A stretch of 62,370 nt of DNA, filler included, from Sphacelaria rigidula (lineage: Eukaryota): assembly GCA_964200075.2 (NCBI GenBank). It is 11 parts of 11 records of this genome, joined end to end, with 100 filler letters (N's around TTAATTAATTAA, not from the genome) between each part and the next. Parts side by side here need not be neighbours in the genome. Positions count along the whole stretch, not along the records: positions 22,718 to 28,296 come from CAXNAA020026145.1; positions 28,397 to 33,975 come from CAXNAA020026146.1; positions 34,076 to 39,654 come from CAXNAA020026147.1; 8 more parts are not named here. The stretch is one strand, 5' to 3'. Both the position numbers and the translations under genes were made by a program. This document shows, in pieces, positions 22,821-36,260 of the stretch (the first letter of the stretch is position 1; the number at the start of each line of letters is the position of its first letter). A model generated the notes under the pieces. The model did no database searches, had not been told where the DNA came from, and saw nothing but the letters and a program-made list of their open reading frames with translations.

Positions 22821-24252
22821 TCAGAGCTTGAACCCATACTCAGCCAGCAAACGCGCCCGTACCTGCTTTGTTAGTCGCAACTTACGCAATGCAGAACGTA
22901 CAAACTGCGGGGCTCCTTCCAAAATGGTTCTCAGAGGCTCCCACGAGCTCTCATCCTTGCCGAAACCTACCCATTCCACGTGTACAACGAGACCCTCACC
23001 GTCTTGAGCCCCGGACAAGTCAACGATCGCCTCCATCTCGAATTCTCCTTGCGCAAACGCATACTGGAACACTTCCTTCAGATCCGCAGTGACCGCCAGC
23101 TCCGTGTCCGCGTAGTACCGTAGACGGGAGACATGCGCGTCCTTCACCTCTCCGTTGACGATATTCTGAATCTCGTACACATGTTGATGCTCCGCTGCCA
23201 CGATCCTCCGCGGTCCTGTCCACGTACTTACGAGGTTTGGCGTTGTACCTGAGCGCCTAACCCTCGCAGCCAACACATAGTCACCCACCATGAAATTTGA
23301 CAACTGTCCCTTACTAGCTACACGTCGTTGCAGTTCACTAGTCTTCTCAACATGCTGCACCACATCCTTGTGCAACGCTTGCTGCGCCTCCACGACTGAC
23401 GCCACCTTCTCCCGCAGCATGTCCTCATCCAGCACATCAAGTCGCCATTCGCTGCGAGTCGCCGATGCCAGGGTTGAAAAACTTGTGCGCGGCGCCCGTC
23501 CAAACATCACATGGTATGGCGTACTGGCGTAGCGCTCGCGGAATGCTGTGTTCAATGCCCACTGTACGGCAGGCACCAGTCCTACCCAATCATGAATCTC
23601 GCAGCATGGCCTTCAAAGTGCGGACAACCTCTCGCATTACCCTTTCACACGTACCATTGGACCACGGCGAGTTTGGAACCGCGAACCTCCTGTCCAGCTT
23701 CAGCGCCTCCTCCAATGCTCGCATCACATGGCTCTTAAAATGCGATGCGGTGTCACTAACCCTGACCTCCGGCGGGCCCAACGCCTTGCACCACGCCAGC
23801 AGATACTGCACAGTTGCTGCAGCTGTACACGACTCGGTGGACTCCAACCACGCGAAATTGCACAGATCATCCATCAATAAAAATGTGTACTTGTACCCGT
23901 CGCCTTCATCCAGGCCGCTCTCGCCCAGCGGGCCACTTTCGCCAACGTACAGATAATATAAATGTATTACCTCACCGGGCCGTGTGCCATGCACTGTCTC
24001 CCCTAGTAGCCGCGGAACCATCTCACCCGCTTTCGAGTCCGTACAATGCAAGCATTTCCTCACAAAATCCGTCACATGAGCTTCCATCTGAAACCAACAG
24101 CAATACTCTTGCAGCCGCTGCAGTGTCGCCACAACACCCCGATGACCCGCCTCCTTCATGTGAGCACACACCATCAAGCGTGTTTGCAGCTCTTTTGCTT
24201 GCGGCGGGATCCACAACAACACATTCCGCCCTGCTACATGCACGCGAAACAA
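22821..24252 (-). pseudogene. Gypsy integrase with C-terminal chromodomain
   Basis: CAHMKEAGHRG..CLHC zinc finger; VSDTASHF; PWSNGTCER; WTGP; EMEAIVD..VEWVGFGKDESSWEPL. Frameshift near 23580. Confidence 0.95.
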
Positions 24253-24449
24253 ACCCTTACCGTCTTTTGAAACTCGCCCAACAGCTGCTGCAAAGGTAGG
24301 GCTCCAGCATCCATCACTCCAAACCCGGCTTGAGCCTGCTCTTGGGCCTCACGAATAGCGTTCTTCGACGGCTGCGTTTCATCAGGCTGACCGCTCGCAA
24401 ACACGGCCGCAGCACGCCCAGACACCGCCGGAACGTTTACCTCCCTTGA

Positions 24450-25914
24450 CAATAAATCTCCCCAGCAGTTGCGCTCACCAGCAATGTGCCTGATGGAGTA
24501 ATCATACTGCCCGAGCACAGCCCGATTGCTCGAGCATCTAGGCAGCAGTCTTAGACACGGATGCAACGCAGGCCTCGGGGTCAAAGATGTATGCGAGGTT
24601 ACGATGATTGGTAAAGATATGTACCCCACCCCAGAGAAGATACTCCAACCTACGGAAAGTACCTACCATTGCATAGCCTTCCTTGTCCATCGTAGCCCAT
24701 CGAACCTGCGCTCCACGAAACGCCCCGCTAAGAAACCCCATCGGCTCATGGCTCATGTCTTCCACCGCCAATATACCACCCAGCTCATCCTCGGGCACCT
24801 GCGTAATAGAACTGCCCCAGTGTAGATCCGATGCGTCTGGAAACATGAAAACCTCATACCCCTGCTTGGAATATGACAGAGCGACGGCATGCGCCACCAA
24901 ATCTTGGGCCTCGTGCCACGCCTGAGCACGCCTGGACGTCCATGCTGACTCCTCGATTGTCCGGTTTGACGCCATTCGCTTGGTACGGCGCACGGTTCCC
25001 TGCATGTGTTCCTCCAGTAATACCCGCAGCGGCTCCACCACCTCCGCCAGACGCGGCAGGGACGTTCTCAGCCAGTTTACCGCCTGCAGGAACTGCATAA
25101 GCTCGCCTGCTGTGCGCGGGCGCCTAAGATTGGCCAACCCGCTCAGTCTCTCGCGGTCATGAGCCACTTGACCACCTGAAAAGACCTTTCCGCACCACGT
25201 GATCTGTGTGTCGTAGAACATGCCCTTGTGCGCAGCCGCATAAAGACCAGCATCCTCCAAACGGCCAAAAATCTCGTGAAGTGTACACAAAAGATCATCC
25301 TCATCTTTACCCCACCACAAGATATCATCCACCCATACTTTGCACTGAAGTCCGGTCAATAATCCTGTCATGATGCCCTGGAAGTACCCCGTCGCATTCA
25401 ACACCCCTTGCGGCACCCGTATGGGAGTAAACAGACCTTCGGGAGTCGCGATCGTGAATATTTCTTGTGCATCAACCGCCAACGGCATCTGCCAGTACCC
25501 TCGCAGCATATCAATCTTGCCAAAACACGCAGCGCCCAGCAGGTCGATCATCTCCGCCTCGTGGTTAGGCATAACATTCGGAACCTTCTCAACTTGCTTG
25601 TTTACCGCGCGATAATCACTCACCAGTCGATAACCGCCCTTCGTCGGCGTCGCCATGGCCGCACTCGCCCACTCCGCCTGCAAGCTGCGAAAGACTAGCC
25701 CATGCGCCACCAGCGTTGCCATACACCCCGCTAACCACGTTGCCTTTACAGGGGAATACACCCGCGGGCTCGCCTTGACTGCCCTAGCCCCAGGTTTGAA
25801 TCTCACCTTCAAGGGCTCTACTCGAGCAGGCGGATCACCGCGCAGTACTCGCCGAAAAGCGTTGGCACGGCGCCCAACAACCTCCCGAAGCTTATAAACG
25901 CCGCTCGCCGACAT
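24450..25914 (-). pseudogene. pol: Gypsy reverse transcriptase and RNase H
   Basis: YRLVSDYRAVN, KIDMLRGYWQMPL, RVPQGVLNA, KVWVDD, FPDASDLHWG, W..MDKEGYA, FTNHRNL, HIAGERNCWGDLLSR. Confidence 0.96.
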
Positions 25915-25929
25915 ACTCTTGTCCGCAGC

Positions 25930-26520
25930 CGCCTGTACTGCATGATCCAGTGCACAACACGACGCTCTGCCAGCTCCTCCTCTGGATTCATGTCCATCTC
26001 GGGACCACGCGATATCAATCGCTCAACGGAGGGATCCACGGGCTCCTCCTGTTCACCTGGATCCTGTAACGCCTCAATCGCAATGCTCACACGCCTACAT
26101 TCTCGGAATTCAGGCGTATCTGCACCTCTCACTAACGCGTGTCTTGAGCGTGCGCATGCGTCCAGCCCACTGTACACGTCAATGCCCATGGCTTCCAGCG
26201 TACCGCTTCCGAGGATCAACACATCATCGGCACCTGGCATAACTGCATAGTGACACGGATCCAACACCATCGGCCCCCAGCTGGTGTGCAGAGCGGTGCG
26301 CACTAGACACGTCTTCGACTGCATACTCTGTACATTACCATCAGTTAGTTTTACCGGGTGTGCACGAGCCATACTGGTGACAACGGACACATCAGGGAAC
26401 ACTGCTTGAAACTGGGCCGCCACCTTTTCAGACATGACAGTGATGCCAGCCCCCGAGTCCAAAACTGCAGTAACAGGGCAGACGTTCTTAACTGTGGAAC
26501 CTGGAACGGACAAGTCTGCC
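25930..26520 (-). pseudogene. Gypsy aspartic protease
   Basis: AVLDSGAGITV..VLILGSGTL. Confidence 0.9.
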
Positions 26521-26548
26521 CGGCAGCATCGCTGCTTGCGGTCAACTA

Positions 26549-27797
26549 TTACACCCTCAGCCTGTAAATCTGTAACCTCAGCGGTGTGCAGACCCCGCCA
26601 TACCGGAATTGTCTGAGACGTCCACTCCTGAGCCGGTCACGCCGCCAGTTGGGTTTGAGCTGCAGGAGCTGGAGCGGAAGGCTGGGGCGGCACCATGCCA
26701 TCCGCACTACTCGCACCCCCTTGCGTTCCATCCCCTGGGAAAACAGCCCGTGTGGGAGCAGGACCTTTACCGCCCCCCCGCTGACCATGGACCTGCTGCT
26801 GCTGCTGCTGCTGCGGCGGCGGCGGCGCGGCGGCGACGACGTTGCTTGCCCACCGGACGCACTCACCGCGGCCGCAGGTGTGCTCTGTTTGGGACAGTCC
26901 TTCTTGTAGTGACCCTTATCTCCACACTCAAAACAACCTGCATAGCTCGCACCAGGTTTGTGGGGCTTTTTCGAGCTCTTACCGCCACTACCTGCGCCGC
27001 CAGTACCTGTTGCGGCGGCCGCAGCCGCAGCGCCGGCATACGATGTCAGTTTCTTTTAGCCTGGTGAGCCGCTTTTTTGCCTAAGTTGCGGTTGCCGTCG
27101 GCGGTGTTTGTCAACCTCCTCAACAGTTTTCCATTCTTCCGCCAAGTCACGAGCTACCTCATAAACCACTTTCGGGCTCTCTTTACAGTCTATTTTCATA
27201 TAAATTATAGTTTGAACTTTATTCTTGAACTCAGGTGGGATCAGGCCGGCGACCATAGCTCTGATAATAATGTGTGCTGGACCAGCCTTGAACGTACGGT
27301 CAGATTCAAGGAAAACGCTCTCGGCACCTGCGTTTTCCGCAAAGTACTCCTGTAATGAGCTCTATTGCCCTTCTACTCGACCCATTGCAGTTGGTTCAGA
27401 CCGTGCGGCAAGGGCCTTTTTCACGCCTGCCGCAGCTTCGGAAGGATCAAGTTCCATATCGACCCAGCAATTGGCATGGCGTGCAATCCCTTGCTGCAAT
27501 TCGTCTTCGTCGAGTGGCGACCCGTCAAAAATAGGTGTCAGACACGCAGTTTTGTATGTGCTTTGGCACCAACTCTTGCATGGTCAAGATTGCACACTTT
27601 ACCGACCGGCCTTGGTTACTTTTCCCCACTGCCTCCTCATAGTCGCGATACCTTTGGTAAAAGCGTCTGGAAGCTTGCTCCCTGAATACTCGCCCATATT
27701 CGGGCAATTTCAAGGATCCACCCAAGGTCAATTCGGTTACTGCAAACTTCACTTCATCAACCGTCCCGCTGGTGCCCCCTTTCCTTCGCGCTGCCAA
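26549..27797 (-). pseudogene. gag: Gypsy gag with CCHC zinc knuckle
   Basis: Fragments at 27525-27797 and 27056-27256; CFECGDKGHYKKDC at about 26892-26936; frameshifts. Confidence 0.85.
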
Positions 27798-27963
27798 CCT
27801 TCCAACAGCCTCCTGTCACCGCAGTCGCCTTGGATTCGTGTGGCCTGCGCCTCTCTCTACGCCGCTTCTCCCCCCCCCTGCTATTCAAGGTGAGCGTCCT
27901 CACGTTTTACAAACAGTCGGGTGCGACGTCCAAAACCCAATTCAGAAACGACAAGTTTCCTGA

Positions 27964-27975
27964 ATAAACGTTTAT
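27964..27975. promoter_or_regulatory. Palindrome ATAAACGTTTAT at the inferred PBS position
   Basis: Abuts TGTGAAC (27976), the inferred LTR edge, with the same geometry as 16011-16022 | TGTAGAC. The LTR boundary cannot be confirmed. Confidence 0.55.
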
Positions 27976-28396
27976 TGTGAACCTGCCTGCAATCAGGACA
28001 AGGTTACAGTGCTGCTCCAAACGCTTCCTCCCAGTCACGGGCTCCAGAGACTTCAAGACTTCAAGCAGTTATACAAACGGCAGTCTTCGTTAACCAGAAG
28101 TAAGCTTCACGGGCTTTCCTCACGAACACGATATATTACGCATCCAATAGTCATCCTCCAAACAATCAATCCAGGATCAGCCGCATATCTACATATTGCA
28201 TGGATACTGTAGGTGGACTACCTACAGAACTGTTTCGCATAAGAATCGACCACAAAGAAAACAGTTCTTCCGTTTGAAATCCTGACTCTGAATCTGNNNN
28301 NNNNNNNNNNNNNNNNNNNNNNNNNNNNNNNNNNNNNNNNTTAATTAATTAANNNNNNNNNNNNNNNNNNNNNNNNNNNNNNNNNNNNNNNNNNNN

Positions 28397-28455
28397 GCAT
28401 ATACCGAAAGGTGTAGACCGGCGTCCAGAATAGATGGGACGACAACACAAACACA
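28397..28455 (+). mobile_element. 3' end of tRNA-derived SINE
   Basis: Matches 1-75 and the reverse complement of 54001-54070. Confidence 0.75.
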
Positions 28456-28879
28456 TCGTTAACTTTTTGTGGCATGCTTTTGATTGGTTGACTTGGTTGA
28501 TTGTCGCGCATGAACTGATCCGCCGTGAGTCTTGCGGCGTTTGATCACGAGATGCACATAACCAGGGTACATGAATCGAAAGATTCACTAAATGGAGAAG
28601 CTTGAGAAGAGCAGGGAAAAATCGAAGATTGAAAAAATAAAACTTGAAGTGGAAACAATCCGAACCGAACGGGGAGCAACAATAAGAAGATTAAAAAGTG
28701 AAGATTTTTCTGATATTATGTCAATGCTAGGAGGCAGCCATGCTTGTTCTACAGACGAACGTTCGGCCTCTAAATTAGTTCATGCCCACAAGTTCAAAGT
28801 TCAGGGGAAAATGTCCGCTTGAACGGGAACAAAAGAGACACTGTGAATACGACCCTGGCATAGCCACATCTCATATTTC

Positions 28880-29073
28880 CAGGGATATACACGTTACACG
28901 TGCCACAGCGTTACATGTTACGTTCACGTTACGTTTTAACCGAAACGTAACGTGAACGTAACGTGAACGTAACGTTAGAATTTCAAATGTAACGTTAACG
29001 TAACGTTATATTCTTTTTACGTGATGAACGTGAACGTGAACGTGAACGTGAACGTGTAACGTGTATAGCCCTG
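28880..29073. mobile_element. hAT-type MITE (194 bp)
   Basis: 22-bp TIR CAGGG(A/C)TATACACGTTACACGT (21/22 match); perfect 8-bp TSD CATATTTC at 28872-28879 and 29074-29081; internal AACGT(G/A) repeats. Confidence 0.93.
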
Positions 29074-31160
29074 CATATTTCCGCTACCGACTTCCCTGCA
29101 AAATCGATCATCCGGAGACTCAAGTTTCTGATCTTTTGTTCTCCGAGCAGACCCTTCACCTCTGAACCAGCTTGCGCTCACTTGAACCTAATGCGGGCAA
29201 AAGTTGGATTGAGGACACCCCTTCACCCCTTCTCCATCAGTCCCCGAACCAGACTGCCCGACACCGGCGAAGTGTCGAGAAATCGTCATACCAGCCAATA
29301 GTTCAGCAGTGTATCCGTCTGTCCTCGAGAATACTTGAAAAACTTATGGGGATAATCACCTCTTCCGAAAAGTAACTCTCCTCATCCCCAGCAGGACTGT
29401 TCCACGACCAAAGGGTCATGTGAATGTGCACACATATATCTGTGTTTAACCCTCGGACCGCGAGATAAGTCTTTCTGGATCATGCATACGTTTTGTCACT
29501 TGAAATTGATGCCGATTCAACAGAAGACTAACCTCGCGGTCTACGGGTTAACTACACTTCGATTGTGAAATAGTCAAGTTGCGCATATAATCGAAAAGCG
29601 GTTCATGAAAGAACGGCACACTCGTGCGTGTCACCCGTCTAGCTCTCCTTCTTATTTCCAGCTGATCGTCTCTGCTATGCTGATCACGTTCACACCATGT
29701 ACCCGTACATATCAAACGGGATCACCCGGCGAAGACGAGAACCCACCCCCACGCCACCCCACCCCACAACATAACTCCCTTGAAGGGATGGCGTTGGTTG
29801 GCCACGACACTGTGAACACTCAACACTAGCTGCGTAAGCTAGGCATTTTTCTTGAGGTGAGCATAATGGTGGTCGAGTTAGATCATGTAGTGTGGGCCGG
29901 ACGATGCCAACTCCGCGAAAAGGAGATGATCGTTCCACGCAGTGTTCGAAGGGTGGGACACCCATGAGGCAGTGTATAAGCCGTGGCTGTCGTTGGACGT
30001 GGCAATAACAACAAAGTCAAGCCGCCATCCATATGCAAGATAATCTGTACGCTTCGGGCCGAGCAATCTTAGCAGGATGCAGATCACCCTTCATGCGACT
30101 CGCCGAACACGCCACTGCGCATCGCGCTTGGTGATCGATTGCGATTCAAGTCTGACGAAAGCCCAGCGCGCTCCGTCCCGGCTTCGTAGGGATGCGAGGT
30201 CAATGGTCTTACGTCTTCCGCATACAAGATCATGAGAACAACGCCAACATACATGCACACACGAAATGCCGTAGCCTCGTGTGTAAAGCTTCAAGAAATA
30301 CTTCCTCTGTCCCATAAAGTCTGGGCGGTTATGTTTATACGAGCCCTCAACGTTGTCCGATTTGATTTTTGATGTTTTTTTCGGTTTCTTTGCCGGTTTT
30401 TTTCAGGTAGAGCAACATTTTATTTTTTGCAGCACGCTGTTAAACCATGCGGCAGAACGGCCGCAAAAAAATCAGACGGCCAAAAAGTGGCCGTATTTCG
30501 CCCCTTTCCCAGGGGCGAAAAAGTGTTGGAAAAAAAAAGGTTTTATTAACCGTCCTCAGCCTCAGCCAGGGAGTCCCAAGCCCTTTTAAAGGCATCCGCA
30601 TCGTATTTGACCACCCTTTTCGACGTCCCCGCCCTCTGCCGTACCCTCACCCCGGCATGCTCCACACTAAAGTCGTTATTGCTCATCTTTCGGAGTGTTT
30701 GGTCATAACAATTCTCAAAAATGGCCAAAATGGGGTATATTCCGATCTAATTTTAGTATTGAAAACTACCTTCTTTTTTTATCCGCCACGTCTGCGTTTT
30801 ATCTTTCTAAAGAACCCAACTATAGAGTAATCGTCAACACCGTTCCACCCGAACAAAAAAACGCCCATTACCGACCAGACTTATGGGACAGAGGAAGTAG
30901 GTCGTTGTTTTGGGCTAGTTGTCTGTACAGCAGGACAAAGTCATGTACCCGACAAACCGGCTCACCAAATGCACCCCCTTCAACTAGACCACGTGAAGGA
31001 AAAACCTCAACTGAGAGGTCGGGTTGCGATTCCCCCGCCACATTGAATAAAAATCGGTAGTAAAAATTTCAGGTGTGCGCAACCTCTTCACCCTCCTCCG
31101 CCTCCCCTTCCCTTCCCTCCCCTCGATTCCTTCGGTCCATGTGCCTCTTCAGTATCTCGC

Positions 31161-31274
31161 CTGTATGAAGAATGCCGTGATCTTGGAGCCGTGGTGCTCG
31201 AACGTGGTGGCGTTCGTGATGCCGAAGTCGGTCTTGTTCATGTCCAGTTCCGCCGCCGTCATGTGTCCATCCAC
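31161..31274 (-). CDS. Host-gene exon (38 aa), possibly a JmjC/cupin-like protein
   Basis: CAACAAAG acceptor; VDGHMTAAELDMNKTDFGITNATTFEHHGSKITAFFIQ with strong GC3 bias; ends CAG|GCGAGA (GC donor) or reads through to a stop. Confidence 0.65.
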
Positions 31275-31530
31275 CTTTGTTGCAAATAGCATTATTCGAT
31301 CAATAATAAAAAATATATTTTTAGACCCGCGGTCGAGACGGTAACATTATGGTCCTGTTCCGCGCATGGGGCGGCGTGTGGAGCAAAGCACGAATATCTG
31401 TCATCTTCAACGCGTCAGAAAGGGGGCAACTCTGCTGCACAGAGGAAGTGAGCACTATACATGCCTGAGAGTAGATGTCAGGTTGGGGTTGTCTGTTTTC
31501 ATTGACCGCAGAATGTTCCAACAGCAGAAA

Positions 31531-31892
31531 CCGGTCGCCCCGGTGGCCCAGTTGGTAGCCTCGAAACCTTCTGACGATTGAGATGTGGATTGGAATCTCG
31601 GTGCAGGTCACACGATCCGCGATTTTTTCTCACATAATGCCCAACAGTGGGGGAGCGACTATGTCGTGGCTAGTATACAAAAGTCGATTTCACGGTCGAC
31701 GAGGAAAAGGAACCGCTAAACCCTTCTCCCGATACAAGGAAGGGCAAACACCGCAGAAGGAAGGTGGGGTGCTGAAAACAAAGGAAAACTCATTAAAAAA
31801 AAAGAATAACCACAACTGATGCGCCCACATATTCCGAAATGTGTATGTAGACTGGTGTCCAGAAGAAATGGAATGACAACACCCAACACACA
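31531..31892 (+). mobile_element. tRNA-derived SINE, full-length diverged copy
   Basis: CCGGTCGCCCCGGTGGCCCAGTTGG A-box head, decayed B-box, body collinear with 54001-54365, CA-rich tail. Confidence 0.85.
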
Positions 31893-32227
31893 GATGTATG
31901 GTGAATATCATGAGGGCTCGTAGCTGCAGAAGGGGCACATGCGGACATCCTGGAAATAAGTCCACGACGGTCGGCGCCAATGCTACTGCAAATTTGTCGG
32001 GTGGCGAGGCAAAACGAAGTACACACACTGGTTCCCGTGGGGTCGAGATACGGTCGTAAACATGGGGCACCTGGCGGGCCAACTTGACGACCTTCTATAT
32101 ATTCCAGTGATCCGTGCTGTACTGATGACGTATACAGGGAACAGTGGTGGAGTACAGTAGCACGGGTATAGAGCAATGGACAGCATGCAGTACAGTACGG
32201 TAGGAAATTCACAGAATTCCGCGAAAC

Positions 32228-32318
32228 CTCCGGTAGCTTCAGCCTGCTGTATGTGTACTGAGCGTTGTCTGCGGTGTAGCTCCTGGCACCGCTGAGCACG
32301 ATTGGTCGAGCACGTTTG
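32228..32318 (-). CDS. Probable upstream exon of the same gene
   Basis: KRARPIVLSGARSYTADNAQYTYSRLKLPE|GT; phase-0 donor is compatible with the exon at 31274. Loosely resembles the JmjC N-terminal RPVVLxGA..KWT motif. The acceptor is uncertain. Confidence 0.4.
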
Positions 32319-34598
32319 CTGACATTTGCGAATTTGATGTGACTTCGACTGTTCCGCGCAAGCATACGTTCCTGCCCACTCCACCGTATTGACCGAGACA
32401 CTACACATTGCATTTTGCTACGGTCGGCATGAGGTACTTAATTGAACTGCTGAAAAATAATGGAGTCTAACGGCTATCGACGACTTCGGTCTGGCATTGA
32501 GTGCATCGACTGAATAACCGTGCTGCACTTTTGCAAACGCAGAAGCTGTGTCTTGTGTACGTTGTGTCTTGGGTGCGTCCATCATGCGACCATGGCTGGA
32601 TCTCTGGGGGGGTCAGTTAAAGTGCGACAATCAAATCAAATCAAACCATCAAATATCAGAAGCTACCGTAAAATTGGAGTCTGAGTTACCTGCGCCAGAG
32701 TTGTGAGGGTAGGATTAAGGGATGCAACGATGGACGGATTGCCAGTGTGATATTTTCACATTTCACTCTCGAGTGTCGGAAGCGTGAACAGTACATCGCT
32801 CATGACAAAAAAAAAGTGAGTGAACCATGACCAATCCTGTACCCTTTGTATAACGGTTTTCAAACAAGTGTGTCTTTCTGGACCAACTGAAGTGAAGATG
32901 CATCTGCCCTTCACGACAGCAGCAAACAAAAATATATCAACAACCAGACCGTTTATGTTGAGTGAGGGGACTGAAAAATATCCCGTAGTCACCATCAAGA
33001 CAGCGACCTGTGCAGTTCGTTCTAGGTTGGCGAGAAAAAAATAAGCAACACCCGGCACGCCACGTGGGTTTCGTGGGGGGACACGGCAACGTGACATGGG
33101 AGACAACAGTAACGACACGAACAGCCCTGCCAATGTATGCGCGGTAGTTACACATTTCCAACTGCTAGGCCTCTTGTTGCTCTCTAAATATTTTCGTGGG
33201 ATGCAGTATCGCCCCCCCACGATTCCTTCGTGAGAGTCATCATCATGCATGAAGTTTGTCTTGAACTACTGATTCCTGAAGGAGCCATGATTTTAAATAT
33301 AAGCAGAAAAGCAGAAAACCATGGTGGAGAGGGCAAGCACTACACTCCAAACAACAAACTAGCGTATGCCCGCGTAAGAGTTTGCTGGGTCTCAATTTCG
33401 ACAGGTGTGGTGTAGAGCATACATTTTATTCGCCCAAGAGCGCCGGGTTTCGTTGGTCAGACTGGTGTGCACTCATTAATGATGGCCGGTTCGGGTGGAT
33501 TTCGTGGGGGATCGAATCTCGATAAATTTGGTCATTTCTAGATAATTCTGGTTGCCGTCGTTGAAACAGTGAGGACGTGACTTGGCAAGAAATAAAAAGG
33601 AGATATATATATATATATATATTTGACGGTCTGCTAGAGTACTGACGTGAAAGCGCTATAATGGATAATATGCCTTTTTTTTTCTGTTCCTTCTTTTCTT
33701 CATAGCGTGCTACAGTTTCGTTTCATTGGGTACGTCCATCAAGAGACCACGGCTGGACCCCTGGGGGATCAGTAAAAATGCGACAATCGATCGATCGATC
33801 AATCAATGCTGTCATGGATATACCGGAAGAGAGACGAGTTTACCCATCAAGATTACTGCCTCATCCCGAGAAAGAGGGGGGGAAAGGGCGGGTGGGGGAG
33901 GGGGGTGAAAGTGACGGAAAAAAAAAAAGGTGACGGTTTTTTTCACGGGGGTTCGCGGCAAGCCGCGCCTTGTCCNNNNNNNNNNNNNNNNNNNNNNNNN
34001 NNNNNNNNNNNNNNNNNNNTTAATTAATTAANNNNNNNNNNNNNNNNNNNNNNNNNNNNNNNNNNNNNNNNNNNNTCAAACTCCGCCTAGCTGTCTTTTG
34101 GGGCGTAAAACGACGTGAAAGCTCGAGAAAGGCATTTTTCCAATTTTTTATTTTTGTCTATTATAGGAAGCGGCCTTAGTCACTGATTATTTTTATTGTT
34201 TGTCTTTTCGTTCGTACTTTTTCTTTCCATGTTCCTTGCCTATTCACCATATATATTTTTTTTCTCTCCCTGTTCCGTGTACTTATTTTTTGGTTATGTT
34301 TTAGTTTCAATTACGTCGTTGTTTGGTTCATTTATTTCCTGCTCCCCTCTCATTTAATCTATTTCTTTGTTTTATTTTCTTTGTATGTATATTTTTTTCA
34401 TTTATTTCATTTCATTTGACCTCCACATCTACGTATCAGGGGGATACGTGGATCGTCAATTACCCTCCCCACACCTCGGGGGGAGGGTGCCCCACCTCCC
34501 ACACCGTCTCATTTTGTATGGGATTTAAGATAGAATCGGTTTTATCGGAGTTTCTATGGCGTTTGGGGGGGGAAAGGGGGGGAGAATAGCGGTCTAGT

Positions 34599-34633
<35 letters not shown>

Positions 34634-35850
34634 GTTTTTTTTTTTTTTTTTTTCTCTTTACCATATCCCNNNNNNNNNGGGGGGGAGAATAGCGGTCTAG
34701 TACCCCCCCCCCCCCGGCCCTTTTCCCCCTCGTTGGTTATTTTTTTTATTGTCCCACTTTAACTAACCCCCCAGGGATCCAGCTAGGGTCACATGACAGA
34801 CATACCCGCGACAAAAAAACTGCAACACTCCCCAAAAACAAGCAAACAAACAAACAAAAGGGCAGAACAGAATAACATAGTAGACAGGATAATTGAAAGA
34901 AAATGAAAGAAATGGCCGGCCTCCGCCACATATAAATCGAGTCGTAGAAAACAAGGGATTCCAAATTAACACATGGGTACGTATATGTGCGGGAAGTTTT
35001 TGTCGTGGAAACTTTTCACGAGTGTTTTCTTTCTCGTCCTCACACAGAGTGTCCGAATCTTCAAGGACTCTACAGCCCCGAATGCCAGCCAGCGTGTGGA
35101 GCACGCGCTAAGGCGGCGCCCATCTGAGCTCCGCCAACTCGCTTTTCAGCGACGGGTTGGCGTAAATCCACTCTGCGTTTTTCGTCGCCTTGAGGCCGGG
35201 CAAGTTTCCGCTTCCAATTCGTACCATGTACAACCCCAACAATTAGCATGAGAACTTGTTACATGAAGTTCCGGCGTCTTCGTGCCCCCGAAACTGCACA
35301 CAGCACGTCTGCCTGCACTGCGTTGCAGACGGATGAGATATCAGTTACTTTTTCTGAGGTCTGTCGTGTTTGACGCTTCGGGTTCTCAATGTGACACGTC
35401 GAGATAGCTGAAGAGTGAATTAATCAAGTCACCAAACAAAAAAATTACCACGAAGTTGTCGTTCGTCCATCTTCTCCCGCGGAACATGAAAAGACCGCGA
35501 CGACGGGAATTTCTCAAAATCATCCCCATCGAAAAGACCACGACTAAGAATCACCAAATCCACGATTTCTTCGGCCTGATTGGCCCAAAGAAAGGGAGAA
35601 AAAAGTTGATCGCTGGTCCAAGGGGTATCCACGCAACTTTTGCGCCATTCCAAGTGTCTGGACTGCGTATACCTGGGTTGCAACGCTGAAAACAAAGCCT
35701 AGGGATTAATTCGTACGAATCGAATCAACTATACTGAAACCAAGTAATTTCCAGACGATTCGTTATTTGTCCGACCCTCGTAAGATTGGTAGTGCTGTTT
35801 CGGAAGTATATAACTCCTACTCGTACACGCTCATGAAAGACAGCGATTGA

Positions 35851-36260
35851 CACCGTGGATTCTCGAAAATGGGGTTGAAGAAAAAATGAGGTCCAACTCA
35901 AAAGCCGTGCTTTCCCTAACCTAAATTCATGACAAATGACTTTCATACGGACGACCTCCCTAGAACTTTTTCGGGGGATCTCTAGCCTTCTGTTCCCCCA
36001 AAGGGTGTGTGCGGAAGCACACTTTTGCCTCGATTTCGGAGAGATTTTTTTTTTTGGCTGACAAATAGTGCTTTCGCACATGCATACTACCCTTTGGGAG
36101 AACGGAAGGCCAGAAATCCCCCGAAATAGCTCTAGGGAGGTCGACAGGGATGGGGTCGTCCATATGAAAGTCGTATGTCATAAATTTAGGTCAGGGAAAG
36201 CACGCGGCCCTTGCGTTGAACCTCATTTGTTTTTCAACCCCATTTTCGAGAATCCACTGT
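35851..36260. mobile_element. Foldback MITE (~410 bp), PIF/Harbinger-like
   Basis: TIR AC(A/C)GTGGATTCTCGAAAATGGGGTTGAA; inverted similarity extends about 170 bp inward; TGA on both flanks. Confidence 0.85.

Larger units (their letters stand above)
22718..28296 (-). mobile_element. Near-complete Ty3/Gypsy retrotransposon with chromodomain (frameshifted)
   Basis: Domain order gag-PR-RT-RH-IN-chromo. Both ends are cut by contig edges. Confidence 0.97.

Noticed and set aside
34559..34716. Direct repeat GGGGGGAGAATAGCGGTCTAGTAC(C)n
   Set aside because: It flanks a small N gap next to homopolymers; likely a scaffolding overlap artefact.
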